The position numbers and the translations under genes are program-made. The notes beneath the pieces are model-generated. The model did not search any database. It saw only the letters and a list, made by a program, of their open reading frames with translations, and was not told the origin of the DNA. From a virus, in IMG/VR virus record IMGVR_UViG_3300045988_068596: a stretch of DNA of 64,000 bases. One strand, given 5' to 3'. Of the stretch, positions 18,501-28,644 are shown piece by piece. Position 1 is the stretch's first letter. Each line of letters starts with the position of its first letter.

Positions 18501-19241
18501 CTAAGTATGTTTTTTCGGTACAAAATATTTCTCTTGAATATTACCGTCTTTATCTACAACAACGCCATTTAACTGTCCGCCATAGGCACAAGCACCATCA
18601 ATAAAGATTGTACGGTCTCCCAAATAAATATCACAGTTATTACCTTTATGAAAGTTCACTGTAGGTGTATGTCCTACAATAATAGTTTTACTTGTCTCGT
18701 TCTTTTGGAATGGATTTGGTCTAGTCCAAAGCATTTCATGTTCCTCTGCTGTTTTCCAGTCTGGCTGTCTCCATCTTGGGATACCTCCATGCACAAATAG
18801 CACGTTACCGAACTCGTAGTAAGGTTCTAGGAGTTCCAAGGTGTCTTTTACATTAGAGTTATTAAGAAGCTCTGTACGCAACGCTAGGGCGCTAAGAGAA
18901 GCTGTCTTAGTTCCTAGAATAGAATTAGCAGTCTCTTGACCTCCTTGATAATACCACACTGAGTATATCTCTTGCAAGTCCTCATAATCTGGTTCTAATC
19001 TTAATGGGAAACTAAGGAAATCTAATAGCATTTGGTCATGGTTCCCTTTAATTGCTGTGCCACCAGAAGCCATATGTTCATAAACAAAACCTAGAACTTC
19101 TTTTGATTGGAGACCTCTGTCTACATAATCTCCTAAAAGAACCAATTCCTGTTCTTCACGATTCCAATTTTTTAATAACTCCATAAACTCATCGTACATA
19201 CCATGTATATCTGATACTACGAACGCTTTCTCTTTGCTCAT
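18501..19241 (-). CDS. PPP-family Ser/Thr protein phosphatase / ApaH-like metallophosphoesterase
   Basis: DIHG, GDYVDRG and GNHD motifs (calcineurin-like, lambda-PPase type). Confidence 0.7.
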   Translation of the reverse strand: MSKEKAFVVSDIHGMYDEFMELLKNWNREEQELVLLGDYVDRGLQSKEVLGFVYEHMASGGTAIKGNHDQMLLDFLSFPLRLEPDYEDLQEIYSVWYYQGGQETANSILGTKTASLSALALRTELLNNSNVKDTLELLEPYYEFGNVLFVHGGIPRWRQPDWKTAEEHEMLWTRPNPFQKNETSKTIIVGHTPTVNFHKGNNCDIYLGDRTIFIDGACAYGGQLNGVVVDKDGNIQEKYFVPKKHT

Positions 19242-19498
19242 TAATCGTCCTCTACTTTCTCAAAATATCGAAAGAACGCATACCAATCATATCGTTCAGT
19301 AACCTGCTTACTCTCGTGCATAAATACAAACTCAACGTATTTGTGTTTAACTGCATGAGGGTCTACTGGTTCCCAAGGAAGCCTGCGAGGATAATCATAA
19401 TAAACTTTTGTTGGAATGACTTCTCGCATTAACAATTTAGGGTACCGCTTTTTAGGACGGTACCTTTTTCCTAAAACATGTTCGTATGTCGGTCTCAT
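19241..19498 (-). CDS. hypothetical protein
   Basis: ORF. Confidence 0.4.
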   Translation of the reverse strand: MRPTYEHVLGKRYRPKKRYPKLLMREVIPTKVYYDYPRRLPWEPVDPHAVKHKYVEFVFMHESKQVTERYDWYAFFRYFEKVEDD

Positions 19499-20103
19499 TC
19501 TACTGTACCATGTTTCGTATAAGTTAAGCCGGACTCGTTGAAATGCTTTTCCTTTTCTTCAATCAAGTCAATACACTCTTTAATTGTGTATGGTGTCCCA
19601 AAAGGGTGTAAAGTTAATTCCGGTGAGTCAATACCTACATTTAGTAAATTAGGTTCTTGATAAGCCATCTCATGAATATGTCCATGTAAGTTTACTCGGT
19701 TTCCTCGACTACCAATAATGAGTGGATAGTGTGTTAAATGGATGATTTTTCTTTCCTGCTTTAGTATTACGCCAACATCACTCCAAAATACTCGTTCACG
19801 TAATTCCTCATCCCGATTAATCGTTTTTAAAAGCTTGGTACTGTCGTGGTTTCCTTTAACCATGATAATGATACCGTTTAGCTTACGAAGAATCTCTAGA
19901 GTATCCTTTGGTTTCTGGTTCATAGCAAAGTCCCCTAGATGGTACACAGTGTCTTCCGGACGAACTCGTTTGTTCCATGTCTTGATTAAGTAATCGTTCA
20001 TTTCGTCCACATCAGCAAACCTACGTCTTGTCTCTACAAAGCCATCTTCTCCACAAATATTGTGATGATTGAAGTGCATGTCTGAAATTACATATGTTTT
20101 CAT
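19495..20103 (-). CDS. calcineurin-like metallophosphoesterase
   Basis: DMHFNHH, HLGDF, GNHD and GHIH motifs. Confidence 0.65.
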   Translation of the reverse strand: MKTYVISDMHFNHHNICGEDGFVETRRRFADVDEMNDYLIKTWNKRVRPEDTVYHLGDFAMNQKPKDTLEILRKLNGIIIMVKGNHDSTKLLKTINRDEELRERVFWSDVGVILKQERKIIHLTHYPLIIGSRGNRVNLHGHIHEMAYQEPNLLNVGIDSPELTLHPFGTPYTIKECIDLIEEKEKHFNESGLTYTKHGTVE

Positions 20104-20675
20104 TCTAGCAACCCTCCCAATTCAAAGTTATCGAAACACTCTGCATTGTATACATTTTGAATGGCATTCCGATAGAACTCTACAGTCTCTAGACTAACTG
20201 GGGTGAAGTTGTGTACATCTACTCCTACATTAAGTCCGTCACGTTTCACCTTTTGTTTTTCATGAATATGCCCAAATAAGCCAAAATAGCCATCTTTGAT
20301 TTTATCTTCTGAATAACTCATATGGGAAGGCTCATGGACAAGAACTAATTTTTGGTCTACAAGAGTGACAATTTCTCCTTTTCTAACAAATTCAAAGTAT
20401 TTTTCTTGTTCCGGAGTAATAAACCCACCTTTACCATCCCGTTCATAGTTACCAAATAATAAATGAATTTTACCTTTAAGCTGTTTAGCTACTTCGAAGT
20501 TACCGAAATCCCCTAAATGGTAAACAGTGTCTTCTTCATCTACAACATCGTTCCACCGTTCTATCATAGCTAAATCAGCATGTTCTACATTATCAAAATA
20601 CATACCTCGCATAGAATATTTGAAAGTACGTTCTTGTCCAAAGTGTGTGTCGGACGTAAACCAAATCTTACTCAT
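20100..20675 (-). CDS. calcineurin-like metallophosphoesterase (paralog)
   Basis: SDTHFG, HLGDFG, GNYE and GHIH motifs. Confidence 0.65.
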   Translation of the reverse strand: MSKIWFTSDTHFGQERTFKYSMRGMYFDNVEHADLAMIERWNDVVDEEDTVYHLGDFGNFEVAKQLKGKIHLLFGNYERDGKGGFITPEQEKYFEFVRKGEIVTLVDQKLVLVHEPSHMSYSEDKIKDGYFGLFGHIHEKQKVKRDGLNVGVDVHNFTPVSLETVEFYRNAIQNVYNAECFDNFELGGLLE

Positions 20676-21209
<534 letters not shown>

Positions 21210-21236
21210 TTACTCCTCTATGCAATTTAATTATGA

Positions 21237-21587
21237 TTATGTTGTGACTATTAATAGAACTAACAATTGAAGATAATGAACTGTTTGGTCAATTGTTAAT
21301 TGTGTTTTGGGGTCTGGTACTATCGAAGGAAACCATGTACTTTGTGCTTTGAGATAATCCATTACAAAATGTGGTAACCATAGAACAATTAAAATGTGTG
21401 CTAATGTAATAGACAAACCAATTAGGTAGCCTGTCATAGCAATTGTAAAAGTCCAAATAGTTGCATGGATAAATAACACATACAAGTCTTTTGTTTTTTC
21501 TCTTGCAATATATTCACTTTGTAGTGCGTAATCTCCTACAGCATGTGCCCCTACTAACATAACAAACATAGTAATATATGGTGTCAT
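21237..21587 (-). CDS. integral membrane protein
   Basis: 3-4 predicted TM helices. Confidence 0.45.
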   Translation of the reverse strand: MTPYITMFVMLVGAHAVGDYALQSEYIAREKTKDLYVLFIHATIWTFTIAMTGYLIGLSITLAHILIVLWLPHFVMDYLKAQSTWFPSIVPDPKTQLTIDQTVHYLQLLVLLIVTT

Positions 21588-21811
21588 TATATTCTACCAC
21601 CCTCATCTAATAGTTTCTCTAACGGAATGAACTCTGTTGTCCGTCTAAGAACAACATCTCCTGATTCCTCAATTGTATCAAGCCAACGTTTACTACCATC
21701 ACTCATACGAAACAATCTTAAAGGGTATCCCATTTCATCATATTGTATGATATTTGTTCTTTCGTATACGTAAGGCTCTGGCTTCTTTTTTATAAAGTTA
21801 AACCAGTTCAT
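21587..21811 (-). CDS. hypothetical protein
   Basis: ORF. Confidence 0.4.
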   Translation of the reverse strand: MNWFNFIKKKPEPYVYERTNIIQYDEMGYPLRLFRMSDGSKRWLDTIEESGDVVLRRTTEFIPLEKLLDEGGRI

Positions 21812-22068
21812 TCCTGCACCTCTTCATAAGTGTCTGCAAAGATGTCTGGTTTACATGGATAAACTTCACCTTGAACACCTCGAATGATGTAGTCTCCCAC
21901 AGAAACGTGCATCCAACCTTCAAGTGTTTTAATATAAAGTTCTCCTTCTTCAAAACTGTAATCTGCATTTAATATCCATTCTGGGACATAATAGTTTCCT
22001 GTGGAATCCATAAAATCTCCATCAAATTTAAATGCCTCAATTACTACTGGTTTCTTTCTGTACTTCAT
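21808..22068 (-). CDS. hypothetical protein
   Basis: ORF. Confidence 0.4.
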   Translation of the reverse strand: MKYRKKPVVIEAFKFDGDFMDSTGNYYVPEWILNADYSFEEGELYIKTLEGWMHVSVGDYIIRGVQGEVYPCKPDIFADTYEEVQE

Positions 22069-22285
22069 ATGTTACCTCCGTATTTACTATATTTTGTAGT
22101 ATAAAAGATACTTCTATACCACGAAAGTCTTTGTGTGGCTTAGTTCGTATACTTTTATATTCAACTGCTTGTTCAATACTTTTTAGCATATGTTTGGCAT
22201 AACTACCTACAAACATATAATACCTACCATCTATTGTATATACACGTAGTATTTTCTTAGTTTTTGTCATTGATAGCACCTTCAA
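22037..22285 (-). CDS. hypothetical protein
   Basis: ORF. Confidence 0.35.
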   Translation of the reverse strand: MKVLSMTKTKKILRVYTIDGRYYMFVGSYAKHMLKSIEQAVEYKSIRTKPHKDFRGIEVSFILQNIVNTEVTYEVQKETSSN

Positions 22286-22499
22286 TGTATTTTAATTCAC
22301 GCATCAACTTAATAAAAGAAGCAGTGTCTAAAATAATTGACATGTCATCGCTTCTATCTTGTATAGTAATTTCTACCACTGTATCTTCTTCGTCAAGACT
22401 ACGACGGTCTTCCTCATAAGTTACTTTAACGCTACTGATAACGCCATCATCACTATACAATGCGTAATACCTATTTGTACTTATTTCCACTCCAATCAA
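22257..22499 (-). CDS. hypothetical protein
   Basis: ORF. Confidence 0.35.
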   Translation of the reverse strand: MIGVEISTNRYYALYSDDGVISSVKVTYEEDRRSLDEEDTVVEITIQDRSDDMSIILDTASFIKLMRELKYIEGAINDKN

Positions 22500-22693
22500 C
22501 CCCTTTCTTTTATTGGTCTAGTTCCGTTTCCTTGCACTTTTGTTCCTCTATATTTAACAGCACAGTCAGCGTGCTGTAGTCTCCAATAACCATTATTTCT
22601 TTCGAAATGTCCTTGACCTTTTTCTACAAAGGTACCGCACCTGTAGCAATAACCCGGATACTTGTTGCGCATAGTAGTCTCCCCTTTACACAA
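22496..22693 (-). CDS. zinc-ribbon protein
   Basis: CYRCG...C..C. Confidence 0.4.
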   Translation of the reverse strand: MCKGETTMRNKYPGYCYRCGTFVEKGQGHFERNNGYWRLQHADCAVKYRGTKVQGNGTRPIKERG

Positions 22694-23279
22694 GTTCTAA
22701 CGAGATACTTAATATACCAGAATATTTATCTTTTACAGCTTCTTCTACTTGATTAATTGCTTCTTCCAGTGAAATAGTTGTATTCGTATCCTCGGAATAA
22801 GTCTTAGCTAAAATCCGTATTGCATGAACTTGGGAAACCTCTTTTAGTTCAACAGAGGTATTGTCTTCGTCATCCACATAGGCTTGCTCTTTGTATATCT
22901 CTAAAGCTTTGCTAGGACTATAGGCTGATATAAGCGCAAAATAAGGGCTAGTTACTTCATAGAACTTAATTCCTGTTAAGTTAAAGAAAGGTGTTACGTA
23001 GTCCATTACGCCTTTTTTCATGCGTAGTTCATTTGAATGTTTTAAGCTATCATAGTGCTCTTTTTCTACTACAACAACCTCGACTACTTTACCTTTTTCT
23101 ACTTCATTTGGGGTACATAGTCTATCTCTAGCTCCAAGATAACTACACATTAGTGCATCTTTAACTATCGTTCCAGAAGCAGTATTATACCCTGTTTTAT
23201 AAAACCCATCTTCCCTTACTGCAACATATAATTTTAACGGCTCACTCATACTAGTTTTCCTCCTCTGTAATAGTATCAT
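22686..23279 (-). CDS. hypothetical protein
   Basis: ORF. Confidence 0.45.
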   Translation of the reverse strand: MILLQRRKTSMSEPLKLYVAVREDGFYKTGYNTASGTIVKDALMCSYLGARDRLCTPNEVEKGKVVEVVVVEKEHYDSLKHSNELRMKKGVMDYVTPFFNLTGIKFYEVTSPYFALISAYSPSKALEIYKEQAYVDDEDNTSVELKEVSQVHAIRILAKTYSEDTNTTISLEEAINQVEEAVKDKYSGILSISLELV

Positions 23280-23473
23280 AGAAAATCATCCCAACCGACT
23301 CCCACGCTACGCATAAAACAAGACTTATTACATAGTAAGTATCTTTTATGATACTCATTTTTAAAACTCAGAGTGCTTCCGCACTCTGAACAATATAACT
23401 TCACTTTTTTGTCTGGGTATCCATCGTTGAGTATCTCCTGCTTAAATCTCTTAATTCCTTGTCGTCTATTCAT
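23276..23473 (-). CDS. zinc-ribbon protein
   Basis: CSECG...C. Confidence 0.4.
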   Translation of the reverse strand: MNRRQGIKRFKQEILNDGYPDKKVKLYCSECGSTLSFKNEYHKRYLLCNKSCFMRSVGVGWDDFL

Positions 23474-24031
23474 CTATAACCTCTTTTCCACTGGCACAGC
23501 AAACGCCCATAAATCTGCATTAATTTCTTTTATCTCCCGCTCTGTAAAACTATTCTTCCAAGTTCTACAATGCTTGTTATTTTTAACCACGGAAAGGTGG
23601 GTATAAGTCTCCCCGGACATTGTTTTAGTTTGAACGAGATAATATGTTTCATTAACAACCGTTAACTTAACATGATACAACGGTTCTTCAACCTTATAAC
23701 CAAGAATACAAGCCCTCTCAAAATCATAGCGACAATACGCTATTTCAAAATATCTACTCAATTTGTCTAATTCCAAAGTATCCGGTAAATTTACTGTATC
23801 AGGTGTGTTATTCCGAAATTCTTGGATTGCATCACTAGGTGCCCAATTACGTTTCGTTACCCAATCAACAAACTCCGCCACAAAATTTGGTATAACTGGT
23901 TTATCTACTTCCCCTATCTTTCTCATTATTGTAATTCCGGCATTTATACCCTCGTTATAACAAAAGTCTCTTATATCAGTTCCTGACATCCTATGGCTTT
24001 CTAGTTCCTTAATCGCTTCTTGTTTATTCAT
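23474..24031 (-). CDS. hypothetical protein
   Basis: ORF. Confidence 0.45.
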   Translation of the reverse strand: MNKQEAIKELESHRMSGTDIRDFCYNEGINAGITIMRKIGEVDKPVIPNFVAEFVDWVTKRNWAPSDAIQEFRNNTPDTVNLPDTLELDKLSRYFEIAYCRYDFERACILGYKVEEPLYHVKLTVVNETYYLVQTKTMSGETYTHLSVVKNNKHCRTWKNSFTEREIKEINADLWAFAVPVEKRL

Positions 24032-24033
24032 AG

Positions 24034-24792
24034 CTACTCCTTCTCTAAATTCTCTCTCTTGGCTAACAACCGGAAATTTTCATAAAAATAACCTAAAGTT
24101 TCGTCACCGATAGCCCCATCATCTGCATCAGTGTAAAATTCATCTTTAACTCCGTTAACTAAAAGTACCCCGTCATCATCTATTCCTTCAACAAAATATA
24201 CCTTTGCTTCATGTGTACCTTTACGAATAACTAAATCCCCAACATTCACTTCCCATTTAGGTATTGGCTCTACTTCATCTGGCAATTTAATTATTGTAAA
24301 GTGCGTTTTATACTCTGGGAAGTCATCGTCTAATGGAGTACCAGAATATGGTGCTTCACTAATAGGAAAATCCCACCAAAGAACATCCCCCATGTCTTCA
24401 TGCCATTTATCTGCTCGATATGCTATAACCCTCTGAGAGTTGTCCTGATAATCTTTCACAGGTTCGATTGATAACCAAGCTCCCATAAACTCTTCTGTAT
24501 TATTAGCAATCCACTTTAGTGCTACTGTTTCTTGTAGACTTCCGGTAAAAGGTTGGGACTTAGTTTTATAACTAACTAGAATTTCCATTATAGTATCAAA
24601 GTCTGTATCCGGGCTTTCTTTCCAATAAGTGAGCAAGTCTTGCACTTCTTCTGGCAAGGAGTAACTTATTATAGCCTGCTGTTTTTTTAACGAACGAATA
24701 GCATTTTGTAAGTAAGCTTCTTCGACATCCCGACTTTTATTACCATTTAAAACCCGCTCAATCTCATCAATTGCATGTTCAATGTGATTCAT
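24034..24792 (-). CDS. hypothetical protein
   Basis: ORF. Confidence 0.45.
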   Translation of the reverse strand: MNHIEHAIDEIERVLNGNKSRDVEEAYLQNAIRSLKKQQAIISYSLPEEVQDLLTYWKESPDTDFDTIMEILVSYKTKSQPFTGSLQETVALKWIANNTEEFMGAWLSIEPVKDYQDNSQRVIAYRADKWHEDMGDVLWWDFPISEAPYSGTPLDDDFPEYKTHFTIIKLPDEVEPIPKWEVNVGDLVIRKGTHEAKVYFVEGIDDDGVLLVNGVKDEFYTDADDGAIGDETLGYFYENFRLLAKRENLEKE

Positions 24793-24794
24793 TA

Positions 24795-25139
24795 TTATTC
24801 CTCCTTTAAACCCCCAAATTTTCTGTCTAATTCAACACCAAATTCAAATTCATCAGCTTTCTTCGATAATTTGCACATATCTTCATAATTTTTCTTGAAG
24901 TTCTTATGAATAATCGGAGAACAATAACCTGTCTCTATCCGTGCTAATGAATACTTGACCAGTCTAGCAATTTTATACTCTAATGTTTGATAATTAACAA
25001 CAATATTTAATTTATTTTTTGGGTTGTACCACTCATGTGTATATGGAGGCATTGTAACCCTATTCTCAAACCCTAAACCTGTCAACAGCTTTTTGACTGC
25101 TTCTGTATTAACTTCTAATGTGTCCATGTCTACCTCCAC
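24795..25139 (-). CDS. hypothetical protein
   Basis: ORF. Confidence 0.4.
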   Translation of the reverse strand: MEVDMDTLEVNTEAVKKLLTGLGFENRVTMPPYTHEWYNPKNKLNIVVNYQTLEYKIARLVKYSLARIETGYCSPIIHKNFKKNYEDMCKLSKKADEFEFGVELDRKFGGLKEE

Positions 25140-25534
25140 CAGTTAGGTTCTTTAATAATTTGCCACGCTCTTTTTAGTTGTTCTTCGTTGAAATGTCCAA
25201 AATGACAATCCTCTTTAGGAATACCAAGCTTACAAGCTAACACACTGTACAGCTCTCCCCTACTTATCTGTCTAGACTTCCATACAGGGTCAAATAAACT
25301 GTGACATAGTTTTTTCCATCGTTTCATAGGTGGTGTAGCTAAAATACCTAGTGGTTCTTTTGGTCTGTTCTTGTGAGTCCCTACACTAGCACCACAACCT
25401 GTACAATAATAACATTTACCATTACCGTAAACTTTCCCATATAATACTTCATTACTTGTCCAAATAACTTTAGCTCCACAGTAAGGGCAGTTATCTGGTA
25501 CTAACATTTTATCCATGATTTGTTCACCTCTCAT
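25130..25534 (-). CDS. zinc-finger domain protein (phage DUF-type, CPYCG/CTGCG)
   Basis: CPYCGAK...CYYCTGCG; this family is common in phages. Confidence 0.45.
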   Translation of the reverse strand: MRGEQIMDKMLVPDNCPYCGAKVIWTSNEVLYGKVYGNGKCYYCTGCGASVGTHKNRPKEPLGILATPPMKRWKKLCHSLFDPVWKSRQISRGELYSVLACKLGIPKEDCHFGHFNEEQLKRAWQIIKEPNWWR

Positions 25535-25608
25535 GTATACAGTATACCTCTATGGTATCAGTAAGTCAACACTTTTTTTACAAAAAAAAGAACAGCATTT
25601 CTGCTGTC

Positions 25609-25812
25609 CTAAAAATCACACCAATCATCTTTATCGTAAGAATCATCTGTGTAGTGTTCTTTACCTTTAATGTTATTAACATTAACATGCTCGTCTTCCT
25701 CTGGTTGCTCTTCTTTGTTTTTCTTAACGAAGTAGTAACCAATAGAGAAAGCTATACCCCCAAGCAACAGTATAATAAGAGCGATAAAGAATTTAGCAAT
25801 GAAGAATCCCAT
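25609..25812 (-). CDS. small membrane protein
   Basis: single TM; translationally coupled to the SPFH gene. Confidence 0.4.
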   Translation of the reverse strand: MGFFIAKFFIALIILLLGGIAFSIGYYFVKKNKEEQPEEDEHVNVNNIKGKEHYTDDSYDKDDWCDF

Positions 25813-26669
25813 TACTTGTCAGTGTCCACGATTGCTTGTCCGTCACCGATTGTAGTAGTAACCCAACCGTGTTCCTTACGAGCTTGTGCTTCTTCGTAAC
25901 GAACTAGTTCATCCGTAACAGATTCTGCAATTTTCTTGTTAGCTTCTGCTTGTGCATTAGCTTTGTCTCTAATAGCTTGGGCTTCCGCTTGGGCTTTCAA
26001 AGTAACTTTTGTAGCCTCAGTTTCTGCTTGTGTTTTTTGAGTTTTAGCATCTAACTCAGCTTTTTTAGCTTCTTGTCCTGAACGGATAATTGCATCAATT
26101 GATTTTTGTGTTTCTGGGTCAACGTCAGGTACACCTACCGTTACGTTTTCAACTAAGAAACCTTTACCTTCAACTGAATCAGAGAAACGAGCTAACACTT
26201 CTCCCTCAACCTCAGAAGACTTACCTGAAAGAACATCTAGCAAACTGTACTTAGAATAAACTTCACGAGCAGTCTTTTGTAGACGAGATTTCAACCAACC
26301 TTTTTCAATGTCCTCAGATGTTACGTTACCGAACTCTTTGTACATTTTAGTTGCTTGTTTAGGGTCTACTTTGTAGTCATACTTAATGTTAACTACAGTT
26401 TTCTTACCGTCAGATGTAGAAACCGCAACATCTTTAGCTTGGATAGTTTGTAAACGGATTGGGTATTGTGTTACTTTATCAATACCTACCCATTTAACAC
26501 CGGGCTGTAATGCTTCGGATTTAACACCACCGTTAGGTGAGAAACGTACACCTACATAACCGTTGTCGATTCGTTCGAAGAAACGGAAAGCACCGATTGT
26601 ACCTCCAATCAATAAAATAACTGCAACCACTCCGGCTACGACTAGGCGTTTAAACGTCTTCTCGGTCAT
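25812..26669 (-). CDS. SPFH/Band-7 (prohibitin/HflC-like) membrane protein
   Basis: N-terminal TM, then an SPFH-like domain (GYVGVRFSPNGGV...) and an Ala/Gln/Glu-rich coiled-coil C-terminus. Confidence 0.6.
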   Translation of the reverse strand: MTEKTFKRLVVAGVVAVILLIGGTIGAFRFFERIDNGYVGVRFSPNGGVKSEALQPGVKWVGIDKVTQYPIRLQTIQAKDVAVSTSDGKKTVVNIKYDYKVDPKQATKMYKEFGNVTSEDIEKGWLKSRLQKTAREVYSKYSLLDVLSGKSSEVEGEVLARFSDSVEGKGFLVENVTVGVPDVDPETQKSIDAIIRSGQEAKKAELDAKTQKTQAETEATKVTLKAQAEAQAIRDKANAQAEANKKIAESVTDELVRYEEAQARKEHGWVTTTIGDGQAIVDTDK

Positions 26670-26766
26670 AAAAATAATTCCTCCAATATTTAGTTTTTTA
26701 TGTGTAAGTTTTCCCCTTACAAATAGTAGTATACCTTACACTGTATAACAAGTCAACAACTTTTTT

Positions 26767-27381
26767 TTATTTTCTTGTGGAAAATAATTTAATGGGTGTA
26801 TGGTCTTCCCCTTCAAGATACTTACCATCTTCCCACAAGACCACTGAGCCTTTCTCTAGGCTTCTCTGCACATCAATGATACGTTGATTCCATGAACCAC
26901 GGAAAACAAGGTTAGGGTTGAATTTATCCTGCTCAAAACGACCATCTACTAGTACATCTACGTAAGATAATAATTCAAGCTTATCTTCCCAGTTTTCAGC
27001 GTTAGAATCCGTAAGCTCTTCAAAGGTATAACCTGACCATGACCAGATTGTTTTACCTGTTAGCTCCGATTTAATACGTTTAGCTAAAGGCAGTAGAACT
27101 TGTGTATTTAAGAAAGGTTCTCCACCTAACAAAGTAATACCATCACAATAATCTTGTGAAATATCTTTAAGGATTTGGTCTTCTACTTCTTGGGTGTAAT
27201 CTTTACCCCAACTAAAGTTTTGTGCCTTTTTATTGTAACATCCTAAACAATTAAAAGGGCAACCGGAGACGTAGATACTTCCACGTACCCCGATACCGTC
27301 TACCATTACAGGAAACTTGTAATCAGCATATTTACCCTTAGACAGTCTTTCTGCTGTCCATGTCATTGGGTCTTTACTCAT
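26767..27381 (-). CDS. nrdG: anaerobic ribonucleotide reductase activating protein NrdG (radical SAM)
   Basis: CPFNCLGC (CxxxCxxC) radical-SAM cluster motif; start MSKDP after AAGAAAGAGGGAAA RBS. Confidence 0.75.
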   Translation of the reverse strand: MSKDPMTWTAERLSKGKYADYKFPVMVDGIGVRGSIYVSGCPFNCLGCYNKKAQNFSWGKDYTQEVEDQILKDISQDYCDGITLLGGEPFLNTQVLLPLAKRIKSELTGKTIWSWSGYTFEELTDSNAENWEDKLELLSYVDVLVDGRFEQDKFNPNLVFRGSWNQRIIDVQRSLEKGSVVLWEDGKYLEGEDHTPIKLFSTRK

Positions 27382-27667
27382 CTGTATTTCCCTCTTTCTT
27401 AACATGTAACCCTTCGTCATAACCTGATTGAGTGAACTTAGCTTGACAAATTGAACACTTGTAAGCCTTGTACCCCAAATTATTATAGGGTTTTACTTGG
27501 TCTTCTCCGTCTTCATCTTGGTGTGTACATGCTTTTTGTAATGCCTTTAATACTTCATTTCGTTGCTTGATTAATCGCTCTTTCTTTGCTAAATGTCTAT
27601 GCTCTTCATGTAAAATCGCAGACTCTGCAATAGCTAAAAGATTTTGTAAAGAGGAAGCTGTACTCAT
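27374..27667 (-). CDS. hypothetical small Cys-containing protein
   Basis: ORF. Confidence 0.4.
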   Translation of the reverse strand: MSTASSLQNLLAIAESAILHEEHRHLAKKERLIKQRNEVLKALQKACTHQDEDGEDQVKPYNNLGYKAYKCSICQAKFTQSGYDEGLHVKKEGNTDE

Positions 27668-28629
27668 TAAATTGCCACCTCATAATTAAATCTTCCGTTA
27701 TGTTTATAATCTTCAACCTTAAGTTTAGATAATGAGCATTCAAAGAAATTAGCCGTATCGTCTATTTCCCAAGGAAGAACCAATTTAGGTTCCGAATTTA
27801 GCACTTCGTCTGACATAGGAGCAGTTACCTGTTTGATTGCTTGTTCCATGTGACGGTCATAGATATGTGCATTATCAATATTCCAGAACATTGTACCCAA
27901 CTCTAAGCCAGATACCTTAGCCATAACTACATGTAACGCATGATACTGCAATACGTTAAATGGCAGTCCTAAGCACACATCCGCACTGCGTTGCTTAACG
28001 TGTAAGTTCAACTTACCACCCTGTACTGTCCAGTGAGTAGCCCATACACAAGGTTCTAATGCCATTTCATCTAAGTCTTCCACATCCCATAGAGTTGTCA
28101 TAATTCTACGAGAACTTCGATTGTATTTTAGTTGATATAGAATAGTTTCTACCTGATTAAACTTAACGTAGCACTTATAGTCTTTTGTTTCAGGGTTAAC
28201 ATCAACCATAATATCCTCTTCGGGAAAAAAGTCTTCCGGAGAAGCTACATAAAATTCATTATTCATGTCTAGTTGCACTTTACGTTTTTTATTGCGTAAC
28301 TGCCAACCATAAGCTTTTCCGATTGTACCATCTTCTTGTTCCCATTCGTCCCAAATAGTTACTCCACGTTCTTGTAACCACTTGACATCGTTAGACATTG
28401 CTTGCCAAATCCACTCTAATTCTGTAAATGCCCACTTAGAGCCTACAAATTTACTCTTAAGAATTGGCAGTCCCATGTCTGGTGTAATTTCAAAGCTTAC
28501 ACCTTCAATTGCATATGCAGGAGCAGGTTCCCCATCTTCATAGTGTGCTCGTACTTCATCGGGGTTTTGCAAAATACCTTTTTCTTTGATGGCTAACACA
28601 AGGTCAGCATAAATTTTATCAAAACTCAT
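27667..28629 (-). CDS. thymidylate synthase-family enzyme (divergent ThyA; possible pyrimidine hydroxymethylase)
   Basis: ThyA blocks are present (DMGLPIL, RRIMTTLW, RSADVCLGLPFN). The catalytic-Cys region reads MALEPCVWATHWTV instead of the canonical LPPCH...QFYV. Confidence 0.65.
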   Translation of the reverse strand: MSFDKIYADLVLAIKEKGILQNPDEVRAHYEDGEPAPAYAIEGVSFEITPDMGLPILKSKFVGSKWAFTELEWIWQAMSNDVKWLQERGVTIWDEWEQEDGTIGKAYGWQLRNKKRKVQLDMNNEFYVASPEDFFPEEDIMVDVNPETKDYKCYVKFNQVETILYQLKYNRSSRRIMTTLWDVEDLDEMALEPCVWATHWTVQGGKLNLHVKQRSADVCLGLPFNVLQYHALHVVMAKVSGLELGTMFWNIDNAHIYDRHMEQAIKQVTAPMSDEVLNSEPKLVLPWEIDDTANFFECSLSKLKVEDYKHNGRFNYEVAI

Positions 28630-28644
28630 GTGTGTTCTCCTTTT

